A stretch of DNA of 63,984 nucleotides, counting the filler, from Octopus bimaculoides (taxonomy: Eukaryota), in assembly GCF_001194135.2 (NCBI RefSeq). It is 7 parts of 5 records of this genome, joined end to end, with 100 filler letters (N's around TTAATTAATTAA, not from the genome) between each part and the next. Parts side by side here need not be neighbours in the genome. Positions count along the whole stretch, not along the records: positions 1 to 29,653 come from NC_068983.1; 6 more parts are not named here. One strand, given 5' to 3'. The notes below the pieces were generated by a model, which saw only the letters and a program-made list of their open reading frames with translations, was not told where the DNA came from and made no database searches. Both the position numbers and the translations under genes were made by a program. This document shows positions 1-13,730 of this stretch, piece after piece. Position 1 is the stretch's first letter; each line of letters starts with the position of its first letter.

Positions 1-1351
1 TATATATATATATATATATGCATATATATATATATATTGGCTAAACTGGCAATATGACCATCCCCAAGTACAACAACATATATATATATATACACATATA
101 TATACATACAGAGATGAGAGAGAGAGAGAGGGGGGTGGAGCGCATATAAAGTTACATAGCCATTCTCGCATCCTCACTACCGTTTACACACTATTTAAGG
201 TTAATCAGCTGTTACGTCACAGATTTCAGCGGAATTCGCCTGTTTGTTTAGGCCTTCTTGAGAAATTGTTTACACAATTATCAGATGAGTTTATTAGCTC
301 CTGCCTTACACACGCGATTAAGTAGTTAACGGCTGATTCTCGTGAAGACTGTTTATTTTGTCTCCCAACAGCGGGAGCTGGGAGACGGTCGATCAAGTGT
401 AAACAAGTGATGTAGTTATATCTAAAATAGTATATATACTATTGTTAGTTTTTGATGTTACAACCTATTCAGTATTTACTTCCGTTCTTCAAATATACGT
501 CTTTACATATTGATTTCGTTTGACTTGGAATGAAGCCAGTCGTTTTAGCTTTCGTTATCGCATCTGTAGCCCAGATTAACCTTGACTGAGCACACCTATG
601 TCCAAAAGGTGCACTAGTCATGGGTTTTCTGCCCTTTTAGCAGCGTCTATGACTTCATTATTATCCTGTGTATTATTCCTTGTTTAAGGCGGTGGTATTT
701 GCTTTTTGAGAGATTTGACTAATATTTCTAGGAAGAAGACACACAACATAAAGAAACTTTGTTTAGAATATAATCGCATATTTCCCCTATTTTTTAAAAA
801 AGAGCGTACTTTTGATTCTTCGGAGCCAACATGCACTTCACCGTGATCAGTAACTGACTCTCCACAAAGCCCAAATGTAACCCACAATAGCCCACGGCTC
901 GCATATCTGTGACTGTTAATTCTGCATTCAAAAATATAGACTGAAGCCCAAAATCTATTATTCACCAGGTTGTCATATGCGCTTTTGCCAACGCACTACA
1001 AGCATTTGTTTACAAATGTGCTCTTTATTCTTCCTGTCGCCTTTATAGAAGCCATTACGGCTTTTAACTCACCTGAATTGGCACGCTGTCAAACCAACAC
1101 ACCTGCCCTACCTTCTCACGGCATTCTCACTGTTTATACTGATCCTTTGTCCTAGATTCTGTATTAAACCTACATATACTTTACCCAGAGCTACAAGCTT
1201 CTAGACTTTTTTCGCCTATCTATTCTTCCATAGAGCTGCAAGCTTCTGGAATTCTCTGCAGATGACGACCAATATAGGTTCGAACTAAACACCAACTGCA
1301 TCGATTTCAAATGCCTGAGTGTGCTTACAAAAGTCAGTTGCACGTCTCCTC

Positions 1352-1373
1352 ATCGTCGCCATCATCATCGTCG

Positions 1374-1421
<48 letters not shown>

Positions 1422-1967
1422 CCACCACCACCACCACCACCACCACCACCACTATCATTCTTNNNNNNNNNNNNNNNNNNNNNNNNNNNNNNNNNNNNNN
1501 NNNNNNNNNNNNNNNNNNNNNNNNNNNNNNNNNNNNNNNNNNNNNNNNNNNNNNNNNNNNNNNNNNNNNNNNNNNNNNNNNNNNNNNNNNNNNNNNNNNN
1601 NNNNNNNNNNNNNNNNNNNNNNNNNNNNNNNNNNNNNNNNNNNNNNNNNNNNNNNNNNNNNNNNNNNNNNNNNNNNNNNNNNNNNNNNNNNNNNNNNNNN
1701 NNNNNNNNNNNNNNNNNNNNNNNNNNNNNNNNNNNNNNNNNNNNNNNNNNNNNNNNNNNNNNNNNNNNNNNNNNNNNNNNNNNNNNNNNNNNNNNNNNNN
1801 NNNNNNNNNNNNNNNNNNNNNNNNNNNNNNNNNNNNNNNNNNNNNNNNNNNNNNNNNNNNNNNNNNNNNNNNNNNNNNNNNNNNNNNNNNNNNNNNNNNN
1901 NNNNNNNNNNNNNNNNNNNNNNNNNNNNNNNNNNNNNNNNNNNNNNNNNNNNNNNNNNNNNNNNNNN

Positions 1968-2031
<64 letters not shown>
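1352..2031 (+). repeat. (CAT)n(CAC)n and (CT)n microsatellites flanking a gap
   Basis: Directly visible; source of the poly-His, poly-Ser and SL ORFs in the track. Confidence 0.95.
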
Positions 2032-2032
<1 letters not shown>

Positions 2033-2191
2033 TTAATAAATGACAAGGGGACAGGAATCATGTAATCAACTGTAAGTTAATGAAGTTAATTACGTGAATC
2101 TTGTTCCTTTGTCATTCATTAATAAATATATAATGCTCTGTACTCGCCTAATACTTGTACTCTAAAGCATATGTATCCTGGGTTCTAACAA

Positions 2192-2575
2192 TAGGCGCAG
2201 ACGTGGCTGTGTGGTAAAAAGTTTTTTCTCAACCAAATGGTTCCGGATTCAATCCCACTGCAAAGTACCTTGGTCAAATTTCTTCTACTATAGCCTCAGG
2301 CCGGTCAAAGCCTTGTGAGTGGACTTTGTAGACGGAAACTTAAAGAAGCTCGTCATGTGTGTGTGTGTGTGTGTGAGTGAGTGTGTGTATGTCTCACCAC
2401 CGATTGACAACCGGTGTTGGTGAGTTTACCTCCCTGTAACTTAGTGGTTCGGCAAAAGACACCGATAGAATAAGTACCAGGCTTTAAAAAGCAATAAGCA
2501 CTGGGTTGATTTGTTCGACTATAATTCCTCATCGCGGTACCCCAGCATGGCCGCAGTCTAATCACTGAAACAAGG
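2192..2575 (+). mobile_element. SINE family A (CORE-like body, internal microsatellite), near full length
   Basis: GTGGCTGTGTGGTAA head, ACCTTGGTCAA...CTATAGCCTC body, internal (TG)n and CAGCATGGCCGCAGTC...CTGAAACAAG tail, shared with about 8 other copies in the window. Confidence 0.85.
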
Positions 2576-3154
2576 TAATTTAGTTCTAAATAGCATTCTG
2601 TAAATCATACTTAACGCAGATATACTGTCGAAAGCCTGGAAACTGTAGTATTCACCTCGAGAAAGCATCTCGTATAGACGTATAGTGTTAAAAAAACATC
2701 AGCAACGGTGGTGGAATTGCTAAATACACATTTCTGCTTTTTTTGAGTCATTAGTAGCAAGCATCCACAAGCAACCACATGCTAAACTTCCACTGATATA
2801 GAAAATCATTAATTAACAAATCTTTTCTTATTTGTTGATTCCATTTCTAGTGTCTACAAGTATTTCAATATTAAATATTTTACATTTTTCTGATTATTTT
2901 TCTTTTCTACCATATCAGATTTCCTATTCATAATATTATAGCTGCATTCAATGGCTGAGTTCCAAGGATTATGTTGTCTTTAGATTTGATTGTGTGTGTG
3001 TGTGTATGTGTATGTGTGGGTGTGTATATCTATCTACATATCTATCTTTCTACATGCACATAATCATGCGCGCGCAGACACATACGTACACATACATGTA
3101 TGCATATAATATATACATACATACATATATACATACATGCATGCATGCATGCAT

Positions 3155-3273
<119 letters not shown>

Positions 3274-3274
3274 A

Positions 3275-3498
3275 AGGCGGCGAGCTGGCAGAAACGTTAG
3301 CACGCCGGGCGAAATGCTTAGCGGTATTTTGTCTGCCGCTACGTTTTGAGTTCAAATTCCGCCGAGGTCGACTTTGACTTTCATACTTTCGGAGTCGATT
3401 AAATAAGTACCAGTTACGCACTAGGATCGATATAATCCGTTTGTCTGTCCTTGTTTGTCCCCTTTGTGTGTAGCCCCTTGTTGGTAGTAAAGAAATAA
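3275..3498 (+). mobile_element. SINE family B, full length
   Basis: AGGCGGCGAGCTGGCAGAAACGTTAGCAC...GAGTTCAAATTCCGCCGAGGTCGACTTTG...GTCGATTAAATAAGTACCAG, with a B-box-like GTTCAAATTC. Confidence 0.8.
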
Positions 3499-5369
3499 CA
3501 CACACATATATATATATTCATTATAATGTATACTTTCCAAATAATTTCCTATAGGCGATCCGTGATATGTTTCCCTTCTGTATCTCATATTCCATCTCAA
3601 ATAATTCATTATATTCTCTAAGAAATGCATTATATTTTTACCATTTTTTCCCTCATATTCCACACAATGGAGACGTAGGGCTTGTTTCTATTCTGCGAAG
3701 GCCTGGACTTAAGTCGCAGACATTATTTAGGTCTGGTGTTCTTGTCCATGGCCATAACTCACCCACATCCATATAATCATCCATTTACCTAACTGAAAAA
3801 AAGTACAAAACAAAACAAAAGCTAGACATTGTGGTATAATCGTTCACATGGGCACCTTACAGGCGATTGAACAGTGGCATAGCTAGGGTGTGTACCATCA
3901 GGGCAGCCTTTAAGTTTTTTCTGTCTCTTTTTTCTTTTTCTTTTCTCTCCTTCAGGAATCTAACAGCAAGGGATGATATATACAACACTCCATAAAAGCC
4001 TCACCCGGGATGGACCGGTTCCTGCCAACCCCCACCTCTCACATTCCAGCTCCTCTATGTATTAGTTTTGTCATTATTGTAATGATAATATNNNNNNNNN
4101 NNNNNNNNNNNNNNNNNNNNNNNNNNNNNNNNNNNNNNNNNNNNNNNNNNNNNNNNNNNNNNNNNNNNNNNNNNNNNNNNNNNNNNNNNNNNNNNNNNNN
4201 NNNNNNNNNNNNNNNNNNNNNNNNNNNNNNNNNNNNNNNNNNNNNNNNNNNNNNNNNNNNNNNNNNNNNNNNNNNNNNNNNNNNNNNNNNNNNNNNNNNN
4301 NNNNNNNNNNNNNNNNNNNNNNNNNNNNNNNNNNNNNNNNNNNNNNNNNNNNNNNNNNNNNNNNNNNNNNNNNNNNNNNNNNNNNNNNNNNNNNNNNNNN
4401 NNNNNNNNNNNNNNNNNNNNNNNNNNNNNNNNNNNNNNNNNNNNNNNNNNNNNNNNNNNNNNNNNNNNNNNNNNNNNNNNNNNNNNNNNNNNNNNNNNNN
4501 NNNNNNNNNNNNNNNNNNNNNNNNNNNNNNNNNNNNNNNNNNNNNNNNNNNNNNNNNNNNNNNNNNNNNNNNNNNNNNNNNNNNNNNNNNNNNNNNNNNN
4601 NNNNNNNNNNNNNNNNNNNNNNNNNNNNNNNNNNNNNNNNNNNNNNNNNNNNNNNNNNNNNNNNNNNNNNNNNNNNNNNNNNNNNNNNNNNNNNNNNNNN
4701 NNNNNNNNNNNNNNNNNNNNNNNNNNNNNNNNNNNNNNNNNNNNNNNNNNNNNNNNNNNNNNNNNNNNNNNNNNNNNNNNNATGTATGCATGAATGTATG
4801 CATGAATGTATGCATGTATGTATGTATGTATATATATATATATATAAATTTTACAGACAACACCTTTTTGAGGAGTGTAAATCTCCGTATATAGTCATTG
4901 CTTTTTGAGTTTTCTTACATAAACGAACCCTCTCTTTTTTTCTCTCTTAATAGCCTTCTTCTATACGTTGAAAGAGATATGACTTAGACATTAACGGCTG
5001 CAGTTTTATTTTCATTATTTAGTTTGTATTTAAGCAGTAATTTTAACCTTCTGAGGTATTCATTTCCAAAAATGTTGCCCCATTTCCTTCTTTAACTTAG
5101 TCATCTCTATTATATATATGCGTACTTATAAGCTTTCTGTATCTACCTGTTTAATGGTTTTCTGACTTGGTAATTGTATCCTAGTACTTTACGAATTATT
5201 TCGTCTTTTTCTCATTCGTTCTTTGCCAAGAGGAATGTAGTTTTCTTTATACTGTATACATTTAATATCACACCCATCTTCTACTCTTCGTAGTACTAAT
5301 ACTAAAAGTATTATTCTATATGTCTCAAAAGACTAAAAGAAGTAAATATTGGTTTACTATCCTTTACAG

Positions 5370-6030
5370 AGTGAATTCAGATTCCGTCGAGGTGAACTTT
5401 GATTTTCGTCTTTCTGGAATCGATAAAATAAAATACCAATCAATAACTGGTGTTGATTGAACCAACTAATTAACCCACTTCCTCCAAATTTCTGATTTTG
5501 GGTCTATGTTAGAGACGATTGATTCGCTGAGGTCCAGTTTGCCTTTCATCCTCTCGGGGTCGATAAAATAAGGATCAGTCAAGTACTGTAATCGATGTAA
5601 TCGACTTACCCCCCTCCCACCCAAATTTCTGGCCTTGTGCTAAAATTTGAAACCAGCACACCCGGAAAAATCCTTACCGGCGTTTCTTCCGTCTTTGGGT
5701 TTCAAAGTTCAAATTCCGCCGATGTCGATTTTGTCTTCCATTCTTCTGGGGGTCGATAAAATAAATACCAGTTGGACACTGGGATCGATGTAATCAACCT
5801 GCCCCCTCTCCCGAAGTTACTGGCCTTGTGCCGAAATTTAAAGCCAGTATTATGCTTAGCGGTATTTCGTCCGTCTTTGCGTTCTACGTTCTAACTCTGC
5901 CGAGGTCAACTTTGCCTTTCTTCCTTTCGGGGTCGATAAAATAACCACTAACTGAGCACTGGGGTCGATGTAATCGACTTAACCCCCTCCTCTGAAATTA
6001 ATAACCTTGTGCCAAAATTTGAAATCATCA
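5370..6030 (+). mobile_element. Head-to-tail cluster of four diverged SINE family B copies
   Basis: Four recurrences of CGAGGTC-ACTTTG...TCGATAAAATAA...TCGATGTAATC-AC; the last three end in CCTTGTGC--AAATTT-AAA. Confidence 0.8.
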
Positions 6031-8504
6031 TCATCATCATCATCATCATTAGAATCATGAACAAAATATAACTAGAAAGCCACTGCACAGTCACCGCTTG
6101 AACTGTTAGAAATAATTCCCTCATATATTCAGAAATAACAGCATAGTTCCCTATATGTTAAGAAGGAAGGACATTCATAAACCGGAAACCAGACCCAAAT
6201 GCTTGTAACAACAGAGTAGCAATCTGTTAGGGATGCCCCAAATTCTCAGGTAGTGGTGTTAAAGCGGGCGATAGGTTAACGATTTATGTCTCCCACTCAG
6301 GGACCAAATTATTCACAACATTATCGCCAATAATTTCTCACTATGTAGTCAAGAAATATCAGACAACTTCCGCCCGTCTGCAAACTTGCTTTCTTCGTTT
6401 ATATATATATATATATATATATGTATGTCTTTTCTGTTTGAAATCTCTGCTATCACTTACCAAGGTCTCGAAATACCAAAAATACTTCAGCTTCCTTCTC
6501 ACCCTACATGTATTCTTTGATATACGAGAAGTGTGCATAATGAACTGATAAGTCTACTATTGGAAAGCATAGAAAACCTTATAAAGAAACAGAAAAGAAA
6601 CAATGTATAAAAACAAAACAAAACAAAACAAGAAAGAATCATAAAATAAAATCGTACAAAGCCTGTTTTCTCATCATGCAACAAACATTTGATATTTGTA
6701 TGATGACTGTGCGTGTGTGCCTATATATATATATATNNNNNNNNNNNNNNNNNNNNNNNNNNNNNNNNNNNNNNNNNNNNNNNNNNNNNNNNNNNNNNNN
6801 NNNNNNNNNNNNNNNNNNNNNNNNNNNNNNNNNNNNNNNNNNNNNNNNNNNNNNNNNNNNNNNNNNNNNNNNNNNNNNNNNNNNNNNNNNNNNNNNNNNN
6901 NNNNNNNNNNNNNNNNNNNNNNNNNNNNNNNNNNNNNNNNNNNNNNNNNNNNNNNNNNNNNNNNNNNNNNNNNNNNNNNNNNNNNNNNNNNNNNNNNNNN
7001 NNNNNNNNNNNNNNNNNNNNNNNNNNNNNNNNNNNNNNNNNNNNNNNNNNNNNNNNNNNNNNNNNNNNNNNNNNNNNNNNNNNNNNNNNNNNNNNNNNNN
7101 NNNNNNNNNNNNNNNNNNNNNNNNNNNNNNNNNNNNNNNNNNNNNNNNNNNNNNNNNNNNNNNNNNNNNNNNNNNNNNNNNNNNNNNNNNNNNNNNNNNN
7201 NNNNNNNNNNNNNNNNNNNNNNNNNNNNNNNNNNNNNNNNNNNNNNNNNNNNNNNNNNNNNNNNNNNNNNNNNNNNNNNNNNNNNNNNNNNNNNNNNNNN
7301 NATATATATATAAAGGTGAAGATAAACTTACTTGGGAATACTCGTTGCACATCGACTGTCAAACAGCTGGACAAAACGGATGACATTTTCGAGTTTATAC
7401 TTTCTAAGTTGCGAAGATATCTACAGGCCTCAACTTGCTACCAAGTATTCGTACATATTTTTCTACCGCAGCTCTCCATATATTTATTACATTCATTATC
7501 CTATTCCATGTTTATTGAAAGCAATGATGATTAATTCACAGTCCAATTGTCCTCGTTTTTCATGGCTAGTTGGAAGCGCATATTTCCTTTGCAAGATCCC
7601 GCTAAATACCGTAAGGTATTTTCTCTGGCGTTTGTAGGATTCTGCTAATCTCCTTTCTTGTATATGTGTGTGTGCATGCATGCGTGTTTGTGAACACAGA
7701 TAGATAAATAGATGGTATTTATGGAAATATGTACTTCACAATTATCACGGCGATTGTGTATTTTGTAGAAAGCAATGTGCAAATGGGCCCAATAACTCTT
7801 TTTATTTTTTTAATTCGATTTGGAACAATAACAATTTAATGTAATTACGGCTCGAAATAACAAGTGTTAAAATACTGAAAAAATATTCAGATTGTACATA
7901 TTCTATAACATATATCTGTCTATATATACATATGTACTTATATATATATATATATGGCGTAAAGACAGACATATGTACAGAGATAAGAAAAGGCGAGATT
8001 AAAATAGTCACAAAGAGATCTGGTTTATAGATGCACACAGATACGTGATGAGTTGACAGACAGCCAAACTGGTGACTACACGGAAAATTTTATTTTTTGC
8101 TGGATGTGGTCTCTTTACGCCGTTGGCAATCACGCTGATTTAGATGCATGTCTGTGTGAATCTATTTGTGTGCGCACGTGTACATTTGTACGTATGTGTT
8201 TGCACATAGGTTGATATGTATACGCATATATTTTTGTAGAGTGCACCTACCATAAGCTATGCATGTAGAGGAGGTGTAGTGGGATCACAGGTAGGCTGAC
8301 AGAGAGGGTAGACTTTGTCTTTGGCAGGTATATAGGAGTAGTTAGCAGTAAGAGTACATGTGAAACAAATCCTTTTAAAGACTCCATGCAATTAGTTAGT
8401 GTGTGCGCGTGTGTGTATAGTGAGTATGTGTGTGTATGTATGTATGTATGTATGTATGTATAATTATTCATCCGGTACGCTCAAAGCAACGGGAATCTAA
8501 ACAA

Positions 8505-8539
8505 TGGATTTGGTAGACAGAAACTGAAAGAAGCCCGTC

Positions 8540-8599
<60 letters not shown>

Positions 8600-8795
8600 T
8601 TGTCCCCCTTGCATTGCTTGACAACCGATGCTGGTGTGTTTATGTCCCCGTCAACTAGCGGTTCGGCAAAAGAGACCGATGGAATAAGTACTAGGCTTAT
8701 AAAGAATAAGTCCCGGGGTCGATTTGCTCGACTAAAGGCAGTGCTCCAGCATGGCCGCAGTCATATGACTGAAACAAGTAGAAGAGTAAAAGGGT
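8505..8795 (+). mobile_element. SINE family A, 5'-truncated
   Basis: GGATTTGGTAGAC-GAAACTGAAAGAAGCCCGTCG, then (TA)n(TG)n, then the family A tail. Confidence 0.85.
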
Positions 8796-9559
8796 AATAA
8801 CATATTATTCATTCTTAATATGTTTTGGCGGATTCGAAGGTGAATATACTGACCGCCGTTGTATTTTGCGCCTTTAGAGACCGTCTCTTATCTCCAAACA
8901 CTCACACATTCATTGACGTAAGGAGTCTTTGAAGGACCGCTGTGATTTGACCTCTCTGTGTGTCTCTTCATTCAAAGTTATTCTCGATCAATGAAACTTA
9001 AACGAGAGTAGTGTTTCTTGTTTATAAAAATCATCAAATAAATGTTTGGCTGATGTGTGTTGATGCCTACAAAATCGATAATCATTATCATTGGGTACGC
9101 GGAAAGCATCGAGAATCCAAACAAGAACATATCTAGTCATTCTTAATACATTCAGTAGATTCGAACATGAATATGCTAATCGCTGTTGTATTTCATTTTC
9201 GGCTGATATAATTAACTGTGGAAAAAGGTGTTTCGAAAGCATAGTAACCAGTGTAAGAATGCCATGAAAAAATGTTCTTTGATTCCTCTGCTGGTATCAA
9301 TGAGTTTCTGTGTCAGAGTAAAGGACAAATTTTATGATACTTAAGTACGATGGTGCGCGATAGGGAGACGAGTGGCTTGAACGTAGATTTGCAACGGACG
9401 ACCCACTGGATGTGTAATGTTAGTTTGTACGAATGATGGAGCGTAAATGAATTGATAGAAAAGCTGGATACAAAAGGAATCATATGTAGTGTGCAAGAGA
9501 GAAAACTGCGTCAGTAAGAAAATGTGATGTGTATGGCGGATGTCAATTGAATAAGGAAC

Positions 9560-9720
9560 TGCTGCTGCAAGACTGAAGTGGATGAAACCAGTGGAAAAGA
9601 TTTATCTGGAAAGATGTGACAAAATGGTGACGATTGATCTCAAGAAACTGAATCTCACAAAGTATATGAAAACCACGGTGAGTGGAGACATACGGTGCTA
9701 CAGAAGACCTCCTCACCTGT
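9560..9720 (+). mobile_element. Old RTE-type LINE ORF2 C-terminal remnant
   Basis: KIYLERCDKMVTIDLKKLNLTKYMK resembles KTWDAVVKHDLRTLGLTEAMTK of the RTE copy at 26004-26100. Confidence 0.4.
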
Positions 9721-10747
9721 TCAGGTGTGGCCAAACTGTCTGTAAAATGGTGGTCGTAATGGATTTTGTTATATATAATATATTTCCATTTGGGTCTCTT
9801 GGCCATTGTATTTCTATTAAGTCACTATCTACTTACTGGTTTCTTTGTTACCTTCTAATCCATAAATCACTCTCTTTTTCTTTCGATGTACCATGCTATA
9901 ATGAGGGTGACACTGGGTCTGTGTGAATTCAGTTATTCAAGCATCACTATTTACTATGCCGTCTCTCTTCCTTCGTTAGCTTCTAACACTCTACCACACT
10001 CCATTCAAGGCATCTGTGTTACGAAGGATTGTTTCTGTTTTCTACTCCATTATCTTCTAACATTACCGCTCTTTGCAGCTAGCTACCATTTTCTCTATTG
10101 CCACGTCTCTCTTCATTGGCATCCTCACCTCACTTACCAATACTCATCTCTATTACTATCCACCACTCGTTCTGTCTTACCATCATCTATCTTTATTGCT
10201 ATCCTCATAACATGACCCTTGTTGATTTTCTATTCAGTCTCCTCACCAAGAACCGGCACGTAGCTAACATTGTCTCTCTGCTACTACTTTTTTACCCATC
10301 ATTCTTTCACTTCCGTTATTCAGTTTCATGTATCACATTCATAGTCCATCATCTTTCACTTCCTCGGTTCATCCCTATTCTGTTCAACCCCTTCGGTCAA
10401 ATTTTCATTGAACAATCGGAAACAACGTCGAGAGGACTCTTTGGTCATGCCGAGGACATGACAACAAATTCTCTAGTGATGGCGTCACGATAAAATGATG
10501 GCGATAATCGCGTTTAATTAAAACAATGGTAGTCGGAGTGCGATGATGAGGAAGAGGCTGGTGAGATGATGGTGGTGGTGACGAGAAGGAAGAGGAGGCG
10601 GGTATGATGAAAAATGAGGATAAAGACGTCGGCTTTGATGATGACATGAAGATATGCTACTGAATTGCTTCTCACAGATACATAATAATAATAACAATCG
10701 CATAACACAGCTAATATGTGTGTGTGTGTATGTATGTGTGTTTCTGT

Positions 10748-10834
<87 letters not shown>

Positions 10835-10920
10835 GGAAGTCTTGACAGCAGATTACAACAAATAGAGACATGTCGTGATGACAGACATACTGAGTAGCAA
10901 TCAGAGTAAAGTTGAACAGT

Positions 10921-10995
10921 GGGTGGGCGGCGGGGTGAGATTGCAGGCGAAACCAACATCGGCACAGCTTTTGCCTGTAAAAATTGCTACAAGTC
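10921..10995 (+). promoter_or_regulatory. GC box and putative 5' UTR of the EF-hand gene
   Basis: GGGTGGGCGGCGGGG (Sp/KLF-type GC box) in AT-rich DNA about 60-75 nt upstream of the ATG and downstream of a (CA)n tract. The TSS was not observed. Confidence 0.35.
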
Positions 10996-11084
10996 ATGGG
11001 TGCTGCAGCCTCAAACTCCATTTTACTAGTGGAGCAAGTCTCGTGTCTATCGAGAAAAACAGATGCTAGAGAGAGAAATGATAC
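10996..11084 (+). CDS. EF-hand calcium-binding protein, exon 1 (N-terminal myristoylation motif)
   Basis: ATG in aagtcATGG context with an in-frame TAA at 10978-10980. Encodes MGAAASNSILLVEQVSCLSRKTDARERND+AC, then donor GTGAGT at 11085. Phase 2 matches the exon at 14418. Not in the ORF track. Confidence 0.75.
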
Positions 11085-11261
11085 GTGAGTGTATCCAAAA
11101 TTACTAAGGACATCTCTTCGAAACCTACAGCACCGTTACCTTGGTTATAAATTTTCGTTCACACGAATAATCATTGTAAATGTCTAAGCGACAATCTAGA
11201 AAAGCTACGATTTTCTATTACAAAAAGAAACCGGTTAACACGAATTTTACAGATATCTGTA

Positions 11262-11333
11262 AGTTGTTGTTGTTGGCACTCCGTCGCTTACGACGTCGAG
11301 GGTTCCAGTTGATCCGACCAACGGAACAGCCTG
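11262..11333 (-). mobile_element. SINE family C 3' tail, truncated by a gap
   Basis: GTTGTTGTTGGCACTCCGTCGCTTACGAC...TTCCAGTTGATCCG is the reverse complement of the family C tail. Confidence 0.75.
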
Positions 11334-12911
11334 NNNNNNNNNNNNNNNNNNNNNNNNNNNNNNNNNNNNNNNNNNNNNNNNNNNNNNNNNNNNNNNNNNN
11401 NNNNNNNNNNNNNNNNNNNNNNNNNNNNNNNNNNNNNNNNNNNNNNNNNNNNNNNNNNNNNNNNNNNNNNNNNNNNNNNNNNNNNNNNNNNNNNNNNNNN
11501 NNNNNNNNNNNNNNNNNNNNNNNNNNNNNNNNNNNNNNNNNNNNNNNNNNNNNNNNNNNNNNNNNNNNNNNNNNNNNNNNNNNNNNNNNNNNNNNNNNNN
11601 NNNNNNNNNNNNNNNNNNNNNNNNNNNNNNNNNNNNNNNNNNNNNNNNNNNNNNNNNNNNNNNNNNNNNNNNNNNNNNNNNNNNNNNNNNNNNNNNNNNN
11701 NNNNNNNNNNNNNNNNNNNNNNNNNNNNNNNNNNNNNNNNNNNNNNNNNNNNNNNNNNNNNNNNNNNNNNNNNNNNNNNNNNNNNNNNNNNNNNNNNNNN
11801 NNNNNNNNNNNNNNNNNNNNNNNNNNNNNNNNNNNNNNNNNNNNNNNNNNNNNNNNNNNNNNNNNNNNNNNNNNNNNNNNNNNNNNNNNNNNNNNNNNNN
11901 NNNNNNNNNNNNNNNNNNNNNNNNNNNNNNNNNNNNNNNNNNNNNNNNNNNNNNNNNNNNNNNNNNNNNNNNNNNNNNNNNNNNNNNNNNNNNNNNNNNN
12001 NNNNNNNNNNNNNNNNNNNNNNNNNNNNNNNNNNNNNNNNNNNNNNNNNNNNNNNNNNNNNNNNNNNNNNNNNNNNNNNNNNNNNNNNNNNNNNNNNNNN
12101 NNNNNNNNNNNNNNNNNNNNNNNNNNNNNNNNNNNNNNNNNNNNNNNNNNNNNNNNNNNNNNNNNNNNNNNNNNNNNNNNNNNNNNNNNNNNNNNNNNNN
12201 NNNNNNNNNNNNNNNNNNNNNNNNNNNNNNNNNNNNNNNNNNNNNNNNTATATATATATATATATATATGTCTTTGTATGTGTGTGTTTGTGTCTGTGAG
12301 TGTACTATGTTTATGGGTATATAGATGTGTATATATATATATATATATAGAGATAGATAGATAGATAGATAGATATACATACAGATAGATATACATACAG
12401 ATAGATATACATACATATAGATATACATACATATATATATACATACATATATATATATATATACATACATATATATATATACATACATATATATATACAT
12501 ACATACATATATATATGTGTGTGTATATATATATATATATATACACCGTTATCTATCTGTGTGAACATATATTCATGTATATTTGTACACACATATATAT
12601 ATATATATACACACACACGCATACACACCCACACATTCGCGCGCGCGCTTAATGTCTCCCTTTTCTTTTCAAAAAACGTTTGAAATTGTGATTTGGAGGT
12701 ATATTTCACTGCTATTTATAGCTGCTCGAGCAATTGCTGAGATGGTTCCTCATTAACTGGCGATCTTGTAGTAAAACGTCATTAGAAAATTAAATACGAC
12801 GAACTCGGTCAAGTTGAAAACAAACTACTACTGCTGCTACTACTACTACTACTACTACTACTACAATAATTACAGTAGCAGTGATGCTTATAATCATAAA
12901 TCATGTCCTTT

Positions 12912-13140
12912 GTCTTGTACTTGTTTCAGTCATTGAACTGAGGCCATGCTGGGGCATCGCCTTGGATGGTTCAGTCGAACAAATCGACTTCAGTACTTAC
13001 TTTTGAAGTCTGGTACTTATTCTGTCGGTCTCTTTTGCCGATCCGCTAAAGTATGGGGAGGGGGCCAAAGAAACCAACACCAGTTGTCAAGCGGTGAGGA
13101 AACAAAAACATACACATTCATATATGTGTGTGTGTGTATG
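12912..13140 (-). mobile_element. SINE family A, 3' half
   Basis: Reverse complement of the family A tail (CTTGTTTCAGTCATT-GACTG-GGCCATGCTGG). Confidence 0.75.
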
Positions 13141-13169
13141 TATGTATGTATGTATGTATNNNNNNNNNN

Positions 13170-13378
13170 ATATATATTTATCGCCATGATTGATCGCTAA
13201 ATCCACAAGTTTCTTTTAGTCTTTCTCTGTTTATTTACTCGTGTTCCTTTCTGTTGAAGAGCGTAGGCTCAAAATGTAAAACACTTTCTCACCTTCCCGA
13301 GCGTCAAACTAATACATCTGCTTGTTACTTATACACCTGTCTTCGACTTTTGTTTTACTGTAAATTTCAACTGTATAT
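13170..13378 (+). mobile_element. Short interspersed repeat P2 (Penelope terminal repeat-like)
   Basis: CTGTTGAAGAGCGTAGGCTCAAAATGTAAAAC...GAGCGTCAAACTAATACATC; homologous copies at about 44585-44790 (-) and 58185-58370 (+). Confidence 0.6.
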
Positions 13379-13615
13379 ATGTATATAATAATAATATAAA
13401 TAATATATAAATATATGCATATATACATACATATATGTACATACCTACATCTATATGTATGCATACATGCATATATGGATACAGGACATCACAATAAAGA
13501 AATGTTAAACACAATGAGAAACGAAAACAGAAAACGAACTTTTTTTCGAACAACGAAAAAACAGAGACGAGACATGCAACATAAAGAATATTTCCCTTCA
13601 TCAGTTGTCACACAC

Positions 13616-13652
<37 letters not shown>

Positions 13653-13659
13653 TCATCAT

Positions 13660-13730
13660 CATCATCATCGTTTAACGTCCGCTTTCCATGCTAGCATGGG
13701 TTGGACGATTTGACTGAGGACTGGTGAAGA
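13660..13730 (-). mobile_element. RTE LINE 3' terminus with (GAT)n tail
   Basis: CATCATCATCGTTTAACGTCCGCTTTCCATGCTAGCATGGGTTGGAC matches the 3' end at 25684. Confidence 0.7.

Noticed and set aside
1262-1332. Possible exon DDQYRFELNTNCIDFKCLSVLTK before the (CAT)n tract
   Set aside because: Splice signals are moderate, and there is no homology cue or partner exon. The EF-hand gene already has a better first exon.
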